Of a stretch of DNA of 64,000 nt, positions 19,485 to 28,884 are shown piece by piece (the stretch's first letter is position 1; each line of letters begins with the position of its first letter). Source of the DNA: Patescibacteria group bacterium. Its GTDB lineage: Bacteria > Patescibacteriota > Saccharimonadia > UBA4664. The stretch lies in NCBI GenBank assembly GCA_028288925.1, contig JAQGHG010000012.1, positions 13,762 to 77,761 of the forward strand, given 5' to 3'. The notes under the pieces were generated by a model. The model ran no database searches and was not told the DNA's origin. It saw nothing but the letters and a program-made list of their open reading frames with translations. A program made the position numbers and the translations under genes.

Positions 19485-20865
19485 CGCGCTTACGGCGCAT
19501 CAAATACAGCATGCGCGCCGAACCGGTCACGGCCTGTTTCCGCACAATCTCGAAATACCGGCCAAACGCCGCTTCGAAGCCTTCCGGGGTGTAGTCCGGG
19601 AAGATATCCTCGCGCGTCGCCAGTAGCCGTTGCACCTGCGAGTCCGACTTGGGCACAAACTCGATCACCAAGTGCGGCGCCAGGCTCGCGAAATACTCGG
19701 CCACATGCCCCAAGGGGACATTACTCGCGATTGCCAAGTGGTGGATGAGCGCCAACGCCAGCGCCGCGTCAGCCTTGGCCCGCGCCGAAAAACTCTGCCG
19801 CTCATGGTTGGCCCAGCCCAGCGCCGGGCTCGGGTTCGTCAGATCCACCAGCAGCGGAATCAGTTTGGTCTCGTGGCGGGCCTTCATTTGTAAATAATTG
19901 CTCTCCACCGCCAATGGATCGATATCCGAGCTCATCACGAGCGCGCCCTGGCCGGCCGCGATCCGGCTGAATGAGCCGTCGTTCGCGCCCAAGTCGAGCA
20001 CTCGTTTGGGCTTTACCTGAGCCAAAAAGTCACTCACGAGCGAGCGCTTCTGATCCAGCGACGAGTCGCTGTAGTTGGTGTTGTCATAATAATCCCCCCA
20101 CTCCGTCTTGGTCTTGGGCAGCTTGAGCGCCTTCACCGTTCGCTCAAGACTGTCTATCAGGCCCTGGAGTGAAGTGACGTTCATCGCCGCTTTGGGCTTC
20201 TCGGCGGTGCCTTCGTGCTGGCGCTGAAACTTGGCGTGCAAGCTGATATGCGTGGCCATGCCGAAGTTGAGCCGGTCCTTGAGCGGCAGTAGCCTGGCCG
20301 CCAATGGCAAAGGAATGCCGTCGATATGCACCTGCAAGAGCCGCGAAAGTCCCAGATCGACCCGGCTCATCAGCGCTAACGGCGCCAAAAAGTGCTGACA
20401 AAACTGCCGGTAGGCCACCCACGGCTCGCCTTCGCGGTACGGCTCAAATGATAGCGTATCGATGAATACCGGCCGCCCTTCCGCGAACTGGATGTTATAG
20501 GCGCTGGCGTCCCGCAGACTCATGCCGTGCTTCATGGCCAGTTTCTGGATCCGGAGCGTGGTCAGCGCCGCGTCCTTGAGCTGCGAAAATGCCCATTCGT
20601 AGGGATACGTCACCCAGTCCAATAGCTCCGGCTTCAACACTACCACGGCGCCGTCGCCCGCGGGCTCTCCGGCCTCCTCGTGCTTCACCAGTAGGCCGCG
20701 CTGTGTCAGCGCTTCGTACAGGCCGCCCGTCATGAGCTTCCGGTAAGCCTCCCCACCCGCTTCGTTTACCTGGCGGTAAATCTGGCCGTTCTTCCAAAAC
20801 ACAAAGCCCCAGTCATCCCGAAACGATGAACTGTCGCGACCGCCCGCCGGGCTATTCAATGTCAT
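19474..20865 (-). CDS. class I SAM-dependent methyltransferase with about 190-aa N-terminal domain
   Basis: VLDLGANDGSF motif I; 11-nt overlap with the downstream sulfatase-like gene. Confidence 0.7.
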   Translation of the reverse strand: MTLNSPAGGRDSSSFRDDWGFVFWKNGQIYRQVNEAGGEAYRKLMTGGLYEALTQRGLLVKHEEAGEPAGDGAVVVLKPELLDWVTYPYEWAFSQLKDAALTTLRIQKLAMKHGMSLRDASAYNIQFAEGRPVFIDTLSFEPYREGEPWVAYRQFCQHFLAPLALMSRVDLGLSRLLQVHIDGIPLPLAARLLPLKDRLNFGMATHISLHAKFQRQHEGTAEKPKAAMNVTSLQGLIDSLERTVKALKLPKTKTEWGDYYDNTNYSDSSLDQKRSLVSDFLAQVKPKRVLDLGANDGSFSRIAAGQGALVMSSDIDPLAVESNYLQMKARHETKLIPLLVDLTNPSPALGWANHERQSFSARAKADAALALALIHHLAIASNVPLGHVAEYFASLAPHLVIEFVPKSDSQVQRLLATREDIFPDYTPEGFEAAFGRYFEIVRKQAVTGSARMLYLMRRKRDEV

Positions 20866-21016
20866 TAGGTTTTCCAGGCCGTGGCTTCCTGAACTTACTA
20901 ATGAATCCTTTTACATGGTTGCGCACCATGAACGACACGCCCATCACCGCGCCAACCGCCGCCTGCAGTGCGAAACTCCCGGTGCTGGGGTCCACGTAGG
21001 CTATAAACCTTATCAT
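20852..21016 (-). CDS. small hydrophobic peptide (54 aa), upstream ORF overlapping the methyltransferase start
   Basis: RBS GAAGGAG 7 nt before the ATG; one TM; its stop lies 12 nt past the methyltransferase ATG. Confidence 0.35.
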   Translation of the reverse strand: MIRFIAYVDPSTGSFALQAAVGAVMGVSFMVRNHVKGFISKFRKPRPGKPNDIE

Positions 21017-21529
21017 TCCAAAACTCCTTCTAGCATTACACTCAATATATAATCATTACTCTTAAAATAAGCTGAAGACTTTCCATCTTCAGCTTCCGAG
21101 TATGCGATACGCTCAATTATAACGCTACCACGTGAGATCATGGAATCTGTTTTAAGAATCGAGATTTTTATGGCAGCTCCACATTTTATGCGATTCGACG
21201 ATCAGACGATCAGCAAGGGGGATGTTGGACCCGTTACGCACCAAATCGTCACAGCCTTCAGCGCCCTCATTCAATAACAATAGGCAATACTTACAATAAC
21301 TCGCTCCCGTCCGGCCCCGCAGTCGACGAATTGACCAAAGGTATCGTGTGCTCAGGCTCATACAATACCCTCATGGCGATATAAACGGAATCTCATGATT
21401 AGGGTGGAGATATCCATCCAAAAACGACCAAAACGCTATTGGTCACAGCTTACTTATGTTTCCGAACATGAGAGCTTTTGTTTATGAATATAAATCTGTA
21501 TCATAGTTAGTGACAACGAAGGGACAACA

Positions 21530-21931
21530 GTGTCAAAAATCCTTATCATCGAAGACGATGCCTTGCTCTCCCGCATGTATCAAACCATCTTCAAAACAAC
21601 CGGGTACGAGGTAGATGTCGCGGTCGACGGCGAAGAAGGTCTGGAGAAGACGCGAAAGTTTAACCCCACACTCATCCTTCTCGACATCATGATGCCCAAG
21701 CTCAACGGCTTGGAGGTGCTGGAACGCCTTAAATCTGATCCCGAACTCAAAAAAATCCCGGTGGTCATTCTTACCAACCTAGCCGGCAACAACGATGTCC
21801 AAACCGCTCTCAAACTCGGCGCTGTTCGCTACATCATCAAGAGTGAAAACCGGCCTAAGCAAGTCGAGGAGATTGTGCGCGGCATCCTGGACGGTTACAG
21901 TCGCGGGGACGTACCCCACGCCGCCCAGTAG
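21530..21931 (+). CDS. response regulator, receiver domain only
   Basis: IIEDD…LILLDIMMPKLNG…K. Confidence 0.85.
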   Translation: MSKILIIEDDALLSRMYQTIFKTTGYEVDVAVDGEEGLEKTRKFNPTLILLDIMMPKLNGLEVLERLKSDPELKKIPVVILTNLAGNNDVQTALKLGAVRYIIKSENRPKQVEEIVRGILDGYSRGDVPHAAQ

Positions 21932-22028
21932 CTTTCCCTTGCAAATAGTCGCTCCGCCAAGTAAAATTTCCCTTTGAAAGTAACTGCCCTCTTGTAGTGG
22001 TGTTTCCAGCGGACAAGAGAAGGGGAAG

Positions 22029-22754
22029 ATGCTAGACGATAAGGCCCTCTGGCGGGCGTATTCCAAAGTCTACGATGAGCTGCTCAAAGTAATTCCGTAC
22101 CGAAACCTACTGCTCGAAGTCGTTGATCGCGCCAAAATTACTCATAACTCTACCGTTCTCGACGTTTGCAGCGGAACGGGCAATCTTCTGTGGGCGCTCG
22201 ACCAGCGGGGAATAAAATGCCGGGTAACCGGCCTAGACTATTCCAAGCCGATGCTTGCCATCGCCGCCGGCAAAATCCAGACATTCGGCGCTACCGCCGA
22301 CTTTCGCCAAGTAGACGTGAATGAGCCTCTAAGCTCCCGAAAGATCCCGGAGAAGTTCGACCGGATCATCCTTAATAATTGTCTTTTTATCGTTGATAAG
22401 CCCGCCGGCCTCCTGGCCAACCTAGCAAACGTGGGACAGCCCGGAGCAGTCCTGGTGGCGACACTGCCCCGGCCGAACCCCAGCGTTCATGAAATCCTCG
22501 AGGAACACCTCTGGCTGGCCGAGGCCGGCGGGCAAAAGCGCGAGGCGGCCCTGCAATACCTCATGCCCCTCCTTCAGCCCCTCTTCAAAATCAACAAAAC
22601 CCTGCTCGAGCGCTACGGCGCGAACGGGCACTTCCCCAGCGAGACCGGCCTTCGCGAGTGGTTCAGCCAGTCCGGCTGGGAAATAAAAGAACTCCGCACC
22701 ACCTACGCCAACCAAAACTGGCTAATTATAGCCGAGAAGCCCACAACGTCTTAA
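22029..22754 (+). CDS. class I SAM-dependent methyltransferase
   Basis: VLDVCSGTGN motif I; 241 aa. Confidence 0.75.
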   Translation: MLDDKALWRAYSKVYDELLKVIPYRNLLLEVVDRAKITHNSTVLDVCSGTGNLLWALDQRGIKCRVTGLDYSKPMLAIAAGKIQTFGATADFRQVDVNEPLSSRKIPEKFDRIILNNCLFIVDKPAGLLANLANVGQPGAVLVATLPRPNPSVHEILEEHLWLAEAGGQKREAALQYLMPLLQPLFKINKTLLERYGANGHFPSETGLREWFSQSGWEIKELRTTYANQNWLIIAEKPTTS

Positions 22755-22815
22755 AATAAAAGTGGCAGAAAACGTTTCTGCTGGTTGACATCAAAGATGG
22801 ACTGGGAGGGATGCC

Positions 22816-23553
22816 ATGATCACCCGCGGCGTCGACACCACCACAGCCACCGAGGCAGAGACCTGGGCTGGCTACGCGCAAGAGTATTCCAAGCTCAGGT
22901 CGCTCGATCCGTACATGATGCACGCCAGCCAGGTAGTCGACATGGCGTGCATCGAGGAAACGAGCCGGGTCCTCATCCCGTTCTGTGGCGGAGGTATCGA
23001 ACTCGACACGCTACAGAGGCGCGGGTTCAGACCCCGCGACGTGATCGGCCTGGACGGCTCGCGGCCCATGCTGAGCCTGGTCGGCTCGGATTACGGCTTC
23101 CCCGTGGAGCTCATTCAGGCCGACCTCAACGAGCCGCACGCCAAGTGGGGCATCAGGTGCGAGCCCGATCGCTTCATCTGTAGCAATGGCCTCTACGCTC
23201 TCAGGGATCCCGCGGCCTTCCTGGGAAGGCTGGCCGCACTGGCGGCGCCCGGCGCCATCCTGGTAGTGTCGACACCCAAGCCCGACCCCGACCCCTTCGC
23301 TGTGCTCAGGGAGCACCTGGATGGGGTGAGGCTCAGAGGCGGCGACCCCGACGCCGAAAAGGCGCGCCTGCTGGACCTTTTCGGCGCGGTCCTCGCCTGG
23401 AACGAGCGTCTCCGGGAGCTGTACGGGCTCGGATATCAGCCCGACAAGGATGAACTCTACCGGCTGTTCGACGCCTCGCCCTGGGAGATCCAGTGGTACA
23501 GCGAGGCCTACGCCGGCCAGAACCACGCCATCAGGGCCGTACTCCAAACGTAG
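22816..23553 (+). CDS. class I SAM-dependent methyltransferase (high-GC paralog of 22029..22754)
   Basis: Alignable with the previous gene (W..Y..Y…PY, GLD.S.PML, NEP, PWEI, Y.GQN); about 66% GC. Confidence 0.7.
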   Translation: MITRGVDTTTATEAETWAGYAQEYSKLRSLDPYMMHASQVVDMACIEETSRVLIPFCGGGIELDTLQRRGFRPRDVIGLDGSRPMLSLVGSDYGFPVELIQADLNEPHAKWGIRCEPDRFICSNGLYALRDPAAFLGRLAALAAPGAILVVSTPKPDPDPFAVLREHLDGVRLRGGDPDAEKARLLDLFGAVLAWNERLRELYGLGYQPDKDELYRLFDASPWEIQWYSEAYAGQNHAIRAVLQT

Positions 23554-23575
23554 CCCGAAAAGAGGCATCAGTAAG

Positions 23576-24328
23576 ATGAGCAAGAAGATCCGGATCCTGA
23601 AGGGTTATGGGGCTAAAAAGACAAGCCTCAAGATCCGCCACGAGATCTTCTGCGTGGGTCACGATGGTCTTCCGCCTCTGATGGAATGCCCCGTGCCCGG
23701 TACACCCGGCGCTCCCCATGATCCCTTCGACCGCCCCACCGGCACGAGTTTCTACGCCGCTATATGCGGCGCACAGGGACTGGCCACGGCGCGAGTGATC
23801 CGCGGCCCCGACACACCGGTCTCTGAGGTGTATCGCAAGCTGGGCCTGAGTCCACCCGTTCCCTTCGACGAAGTAGAAGAGCCCTCGAAGTATGGGGTAA
23901 ACCCGGACATCGAAGACAAGCGGCTGAGCCGGGAGGGCTTCCTCCGGCTGGTCGGCGCTACCTTGGTGGACGCCCAGTGCAAGTGGTGGGTCATCGCAGC
24001 GCTGCCTGGTCTGGCGTACTCCCTCAGCTGGATGCCGTGGGAGATCCACGCAACCATCAACTGGCCGGCTCCGGCTGGAGGACCGCAGCAGCTCAGTCCG
24101 GTTTTCTTGCTCCACCTGCCCATCTGGGAAGTTGGGCCCGCTACCAAGATTCTCAAACCCGAGCTCTACGACCTGATGTTCCCCAACGGGGAGCCGCAGG
24201 TCGGCGGAGGCAGGGTCAGGCCGGAGGAGGAGCTCGCCGAGCTGAGGGCTCACAACCTTCACAGGCTCAAGGTCGACTTGGCCGCCTGGAAGGCAGACAC
24301 GCTCAACGCACCGAGAGTTCCTGCTTAG
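23576..24328 (+). CDS. hypothetical protein (high-GC)
   Basis: RBS AAGAGG; 250 aa; no family recognised; inside the GC-rich block. Confidence 0.45.
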   Translation: MSKKIRILKGYGAKKTSLKIRHEIFCVGHDGLPPLMECPVPGTPGAPHDPFDRPTGTSFYAAICGAQGLATARVIRGPDTPVSEVYRKLGLSPPVPFDEVEEPSKYGVNPDIEDKRLSREGFLRLVGATLVDAQCKWWVIAALPGLAYSLSWMPWEIHATINWPAPAGGPQQLSPVFLLHLPIWEVGPATKILKPELYDLMFPNGEPQVGGGRVRPEEELAELRAHNLHRLKVDLAAWKADTLNAPRVPA

Positions 24329-24347
24329 GCGGGCTTAGTGGCCCACA

Positions 24348-24378
24348 GAGGCCGCCGGGAGCACTCCCCGGCGGCCTC
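24348..24378. terminator. GC-rich 12-bp perfect hairpin at the end of the high-GC block
   Basis: gaggccgccggg-agcactc-cccggcggcctc; no clear U-tract. Confidence 0.4.
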
Positions 24379-24416
24379 AAAACCCCGTTTAGGCCCATGA
24401 TATAGTAACCACAAGC

Positions 24417-26579
24417 ATGATGTATTACTTAGCTCTCTTATCGCTAATGATTGTCGTCACCGCCGACGCCCTCCTGGGACTTGTCGTATGGCTGCAGGCC
24501 CCGCGCCGCCGGTTAAACCGCATATTTGCCCTCCTCACCGCCTCCTTTATGCTCTGGAGCGCGACCAGCTTCTATGATCAGACCGCGGCCGGACCCGAGA
24601 AGCTATCCCTCCTGATGGCCAATATTCCTTTTGTATTCGCGGCCTCCATCTCACTCTTTATGGTTTTATTCTCGCTCTACTTTCCGGAAAACCATCCGAG
24701 CTCCAACATCACCAGGACAAGAGTCACCTGGGGCCTGGCCTTCACTACACCGCCGCTCCTTGTCATGGCCTTTACTAACCTTCTGGTGTCGGGCACCACT
24801 AGCTCGCCCACGCTAGGCAACAACATTGTCCCTGGACCGCTACTGGGTGTATTCTCAATCTATTTCTTGGGCTGGTTAGGATTCGCGTTAGGCAATCTCT
24901 TCTACAAATTTCGTAAAGCCCGAAGTTCGGCCGATCGTTTGCAGCTCAACTATGTCTTTCTGGGCTTCATGCTTACCACGGTCATAGCGTTCACCACCAA
25001 TGTAATCGTTCCTGTGGCCACGCGTAACCCGACTCTAGTACGCTTCGGATTCCTCTCTACGCTCTTTCTCATTGGCTTCATCGGGTATACCATCGCCGCT
25101 CACCGGCTCTTTAATATCCGGCTGTTGGTAGCCCGCTCGGTAGCCTACATTCTCTTGCTCTCCACGCTCACCGCCGTTTACGGTACGGGAATATTTGCGG
25201 TCAGCCGGCTCCTGTTCCCCGATACTGCCATTACCACCGTGGAAAGCAGCCTGTTTGTGGCTCTGGCTATCCTCATCGCCATCACTTACCAGCCGCTACG
25301 CCGGTTCTTCGAAAAAACCACCGACCGCGCGTTCTTCCGCGACCATTACGATGCCCAAATTGTGCTCGACCAGACCGGCAGCATTTTAGCCTCCGAGCTA
25401 TTATTGAAACCCCTGCTCTCCAAGGCTCTTGAGCAAATCTGCCGGCCCATGCGCCTAAGGAACGGACAATTCCTCGTGCTTGACCACGACAAGCTCTACA
25501 CGCGAACCCATTACGGTCCATTGCTCAAGGACGACGTCACGACCGAGCTCATGCAGCGCCTCAAGCAGCCGCTCATCGTCACCGACGAGCTCCAGCCGGG
25601 AGAGCTCAAGGATGCCCTGGGGCGCCTGGGTATCCGCGTCTCGCTGGTGCTCAAGACTCACGATGAACTAGTCGGATATCTATTTCTGGGGGACAAACTC
25701 AGTGGGGAAATCTATTCAAACCAAGATTTGGCCTTGCTCGAAATCCTCCGCAAAGAGCTGGCCGTAGCTATCGCCAATGCCAAAGCTTACGAGGAAATCG
25801 CCCGCTTCAATATGACACTCCAAGAACGTATCAAGCAGGCTACGGCCCGCCTCAGCTCGGCCAACCGCAACCTCAAGGTGCTCGACAAAGCCAAAGACGA
25901 CTTCATCTCCATGGCCTCGCACCAGCTGGGCACGCCGCTGACCGCCATCACCGGTTACCTCTCCATGTCTCTCGACGAAGACAAAGACAATATGACCATT
26001 GCCCAGCGCGAGTACATCACCTTCGCGCTCGAGGCTTCCGAGCGGATGGTGGCCATGTCCGGTGATCTCCTAAATGTATCGCGCCTGAGCTCCGGCCGCT
26101 TCACGATACAGCGCCAACAAGTCGACTTGAACCATCTGGCCGAGCAAGAGGTAAAACTACTTCAGGCGGCGGCCAAGCGCAAAAACCTCACCCTCACCTT
26201 TACCCCCAGCCCCGGCCTCCCCCAGCTCGACATCGACGAGAGCAAGACTCGCCAGGTCATCATGAATTACGTCGACAATGCCATTTATTACACGCCCAGC
26301 GGCAGCATTCACGTAGAGGTGAAGCAAGAAAACGGCTGGGCCGTCTTTACCGTCACCGACACCGGTATGGGCGTGCCGGAGGCCGAACAGGCCAAGCTGT
26401 TTGCCAAGTTCTACCGCGCCGAAAACGCCCGGGCCTCCCGCCCCGACGGCACCGGCCTCGGCCTCTACCTGGCCAAACGCGTTATCGAGGAGCACGGCGG
26501 CGCCATTATCTTCGCCTCCAAAGCCGGCAAGGGGAGTACCTTCGGTTTTAGCCTACCGCTCAAGGCCAACGCCCCGTAG
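24417..26579 (+). CDS. sensor histidine kinase with 7TM receptor-like N-terminus (GAF-like + HisKA + HATPase_c)
   Basis: ASHQLGTPLT H-box and GTGLGL; paralog of 48734..50902. Confidence 0.85.
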   Translation: MMYYLALLSLMIVVTADALLGLVVWLQAPRRRLNRIFALLTASFMLWSATSFYDQTAAGPEKLSLLMANIPFVFAASISLFMVLFSLYFPENHPSSNITRTRVTWGLAFTTPPLLVMAFTNLLVSGTTSSPTLGNNIVPGPLLGVFSIYFLGWLGFALGNLFYKFRKARSSADRLQLNYVFLGFMLTTVIAFTTNVIVPVATRNPTLVRFGFLSTLFLIGFIGYTIAAHRLFNIRLLVARSVAYILLLSTLTAVYGTGIFAVSRLLFPDTAITTVESSLFVALAILIAITYQPLRRFFEKTTDRAFFRDHYDAQIVLDQTGSILASELLLKPLLSKALEQICRPMRLRNGQFLVLDHDKLYTRTHYGPLLKDDVTTELMQRLKQPLIVTDELQPGELKDALGRLGIRVSLVLKTHDELVGYLFLGDKLSGEIYSNQDLALLEILRKELAVAIANAKAYEEIARFNMTLQERIKQATARLSSANRNLKVLDKAKDDFISMASHQLGTPLTAITGYLSMSLDEDKDNMTIAQREYITFALEASERMVAMSGDLLNVSRLSSGRFTIQRQQVDLNHLAEQEVKLLQAAAKRKNLTLTFTPSPGLPQLDIDESKTRQVIMNYVDNAIYYTPSGSIHVEVKQENGWAVFTVTDTGMGVPEAEQAKLFAKFYRAENARASRPDGTGLGLYLAKRVIEEHGGAIIFASKAGKGSTFGFSLPLKANAP

Positions 26580-26656
26580 GTACGGGTGGCAGCCCAGGAA
26601 GAAGGGTAACGTTCGCCGGCCAGAGAAGGAATATTCCGCGGCTGCCAAGACCCGTA
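26572..26656. repeat. repeat element copy C (short form)
   Basis: cccgTAGgtacgggtggcagcc…ggctgccaagacccgta; the kinase stop codon TAG lies inside the element. Confidence 0.65.
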
Positions 26657-26683
26657 ATCCCGAAGTTAAGCTATACTAAAGCT

Positions 26684-27544
26684 ATGACACCCGAAGAAGC
26701 CCTCGAACTCATCAACGCCTCCGAACATACCACCTACACGCTCAATGCCCGCTACTCCGGTGGCGAAGACCAGGGAGCCTTCCAAGTAATAGGCGGTGAC
26801 GGCGCCCCCGCTGTACTCAAGACGAGCCGCAATCCCCAGTGGATCAGCCAAATCCAGCGTGCCCAAGCCGCCGGTAAGCACCTCGCCACGCTCAACTACC
26901 CCGCTCCCACCTACACCGTCGTCGGCTCCACCGACCGCGGCACCTATTGGCTCGAAAACGAAATGCCGGGCGGACCTGCCATCGGCGCGCCGACTGCCGG
27001 GCAAATCACCGACCTGCTGCGCCTCATCGAACTCCAAAAAGGCCAGCTCATCTCCGAAGTCCAAGGCCAGGACTGGTGTTGGTACCTCGCCAACGTCGTC
27101 TTCCGTGGCGAAGACGGCCACGTGCGCGTACTCATGAAATTCTCGCCGCAGACCTCCGCCCTCGTGGCAAGCATCGAAGGCCTAGTGGCCGGCCTCGACG
27201 GCAAAATCCTACCCAAAACCGACCTCGTCCACGGCGAGATGGGCATCGGGCAGGTGCTCTTCACAGGCCAGAGCGTCTCGGCCGTGCTCGACTGGGACCA
27301 GGTCGGCTACGGCGACCGTACCATTGACCTGGTCGGGCTGTGGTACTCGCTCATCGACGCGCCCGAGCCGCGCGACCTCGTTATGAAGCAGCTCCTGGCG
27401 ATCTCCGATCCCCAGGCCATCAAAATCTGCGCCGCCGCCAAGATGCTTGCCGTAGTCGCCTGGCACATCAACAAAGTCGGCGGCGATGTGGACGCGGTGG
27501 TGGCACAATCCAGCACCGCCATCGAGCTACTCCGCCAGATCTAA
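26684..27544 (+). CDS. phosphotransferase (APH/choline-kinase-like) family protein with variant catalytic motif
   Basis: Kinase-like fold; HGEMGIGQ where HGD….N is expected; a DWD motif is present. Confidence 0.6.
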   Translation: MTPEEALELINASEHTTYTLNARYSGGEDQGAFQVIGGDGAPAVLKTSRNPQWISQIQRAQAAGKHLATLNYPAPTYTVVGSTDRGTYWLENEMPGGPAIGAPTAGQITDLLRLIELQKGQLISEVQGQDWCWYLANVVFRGEDGHVRVLMKFSPQTSALVASIEGLVAGLDGKILPKTDLVHGEMGIGQVLFTGQSVSAVLDWDQVGYGDRTIDLVGLWYSLIDAPEPRDLVMKQLLAISDPQAIKICAAAKMLAVVAWHINKVGGDVDAVVAQSSTAIELLRQI

Positions 27545-27655
27545 TCTCCGCCGCGCTAGCCCGATTCCCACCGGCACCAACCCCACGTACATCAGCCCCG
27601 ACGGCGACACCAAATGTGACCCAGCAACACCATGGCAAACATCCTCCCGGAACCG

Positions 27656-28522
27656 TTATGGCAATAATATATCAATCGAAATCATCGCGCTGAACCCGAG
27701 CAGTACGATCAGCGAAAACCGAAAGAGCCCCCGCGCCCACACCGCGTCGTCCTTGGCGCGGAAGCCTTTTATGGCTCGCTGTAGCCACATCGCACTCAGC
27801 ACCAGCATTACCGCCAGGTAGGTATAGCCGGTGTAGCCGGCCACCGTCAGCGCCGCCACCGCCGCCATGAAGGCCACGATATACACCAAGATCTGAATCT
27901 TCGCGGCGCGCGGGCCGTACTTCACCGGCAGCACCGGCAAGCCCGCCGCCGTGTAATCCTTGAGCCGGTACATGGCGATGGCGTAGAAATGCGGCATCTG
28001 CCACAGGGTCAAAATCACAAACAAGAGCAGCGCGCCGCCGTCAAACTGGCCCGTCACCGCGCAGTAGCCCACCACCGGCGGCACCGCGCCCGAGATGCTG
28101 CCCACCAGCGTCCCGTGCACCGAACGGCGCTTAGCCAGGCCGTAGAGGACCACGTACACCACGAACCCCACCAGCGCCACACCCACCGTCAGCATATTCG
28201 TCCATAGCGCCAACAACCCAAAACCCAGCAAGCCCAGCACGCTCGCGTAAATCAAAGCATTACGCCCCGGGATCGAACCCTTCGCCAGCGACCGGTCCTT
28301 GGTCCGGGCCATCTTCCGGTCCAGGCCCCGGTCAATGTAATTATTAAAGACACATGCCCCGGCCATCACCAGCGATATACCCGCCAACATGCCCACCAAT
28401 AGCCCCGCGCTAATATGCCCGCGCGAAGCCAACAAAAACCCGGCCGCCGCCGTAATGGCATTGCCGTAAATAATCCCCGGCTTGGTCAGCCGGTAGTACC
28501 GTTGGATTGTCTTAGGGATCAC
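27656..28522 (-). CDS. cyoE: protoheme IX farnesyltransferase (heme O synthase)
   Basis: UbiA-family motifs; last gene of the cyo operon. Confidence 0.85.
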   Translation of the reverse strand: MIPKTIQRYYRLTKPGIIYGNAITAAAGFLLASRGHISAGLLVGMLAGISLVMAGACVFNNYIDRGLDRKMARTKDRSLAKGSIPGRNALIYASVLGLLGFGLLALWTNMLTVGVALVGFVVYVVLYGLAKRRSVHGTLVGSISGAVPPVVGYCAVTGQFDGGALLLFVILTLWQMPHFYAIAMYRLKDYTAAGLPVLPVKYGPRAAKIQILVYIVAFMAAVAALTVAGYTGYTYLAVMLVLSAMWLQRAIKGFRAKDDAVWARGLFRFSLIVLLGFSAMISIDILLP

Positions 28523-28884
28523 TTATGCACACCCTCGTCCTTAATGATGAACGTATCAGTCTTATCCGGCGACATCATGTGGTAGTCCAAATTCTTCATG
28601 ATCCACAGTGAGCCGCCCACCACGATCGTCACCACCATCAGCGCGAACAAAAACACCGTCAGATTCCAGCGCGGCTTCGACTCCCGGCCCAGATGCAGGA
28701 AGAAAAACAATTGCACCATCAGCTGGATTACCGCCAGACCCACCACCGCCCCGATCAGCACGCGGTGCGACAGCCAGGGGTGTTCACCGGGAAGGTGCTG
28801 CGCCACAACAAAATATGCCCCCAGCGTCAGCAGTACCGACAAGACAAACCCCACCACATACGAAGTCCGCGTGCCCGTGTTCAT
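28519..28884 (-). CDS. cyoD: cytochrome o ubiquinol oxidase subunit IV
   Basis: [13 protein letters not shown]…; 3 TM; ATGA overlap with cyoC; RBS GGGAG. Confidence 0.75.
   Translation of the reverse strand: MNTGTRTSYVVGFVLSVLLTLGAYFVVAQHLPGEHPWLSHRVLIGAVVGLAVIQLMVQLFFFLHLGRESKPRWNLTVFLFALMVVTIVVGGSLWIMKNLDYHMMSPDKTDTFIIKDEGVHK

Noticed and set aside
23531-24262. 243-aa minus-strand ORF opposite the GC-rich hypothetical gene
   Set aside because: It is an antisense frame in 63% GC DNA with no RBS. The plus-strand ORF has an AAGAGG site and continues the operon.
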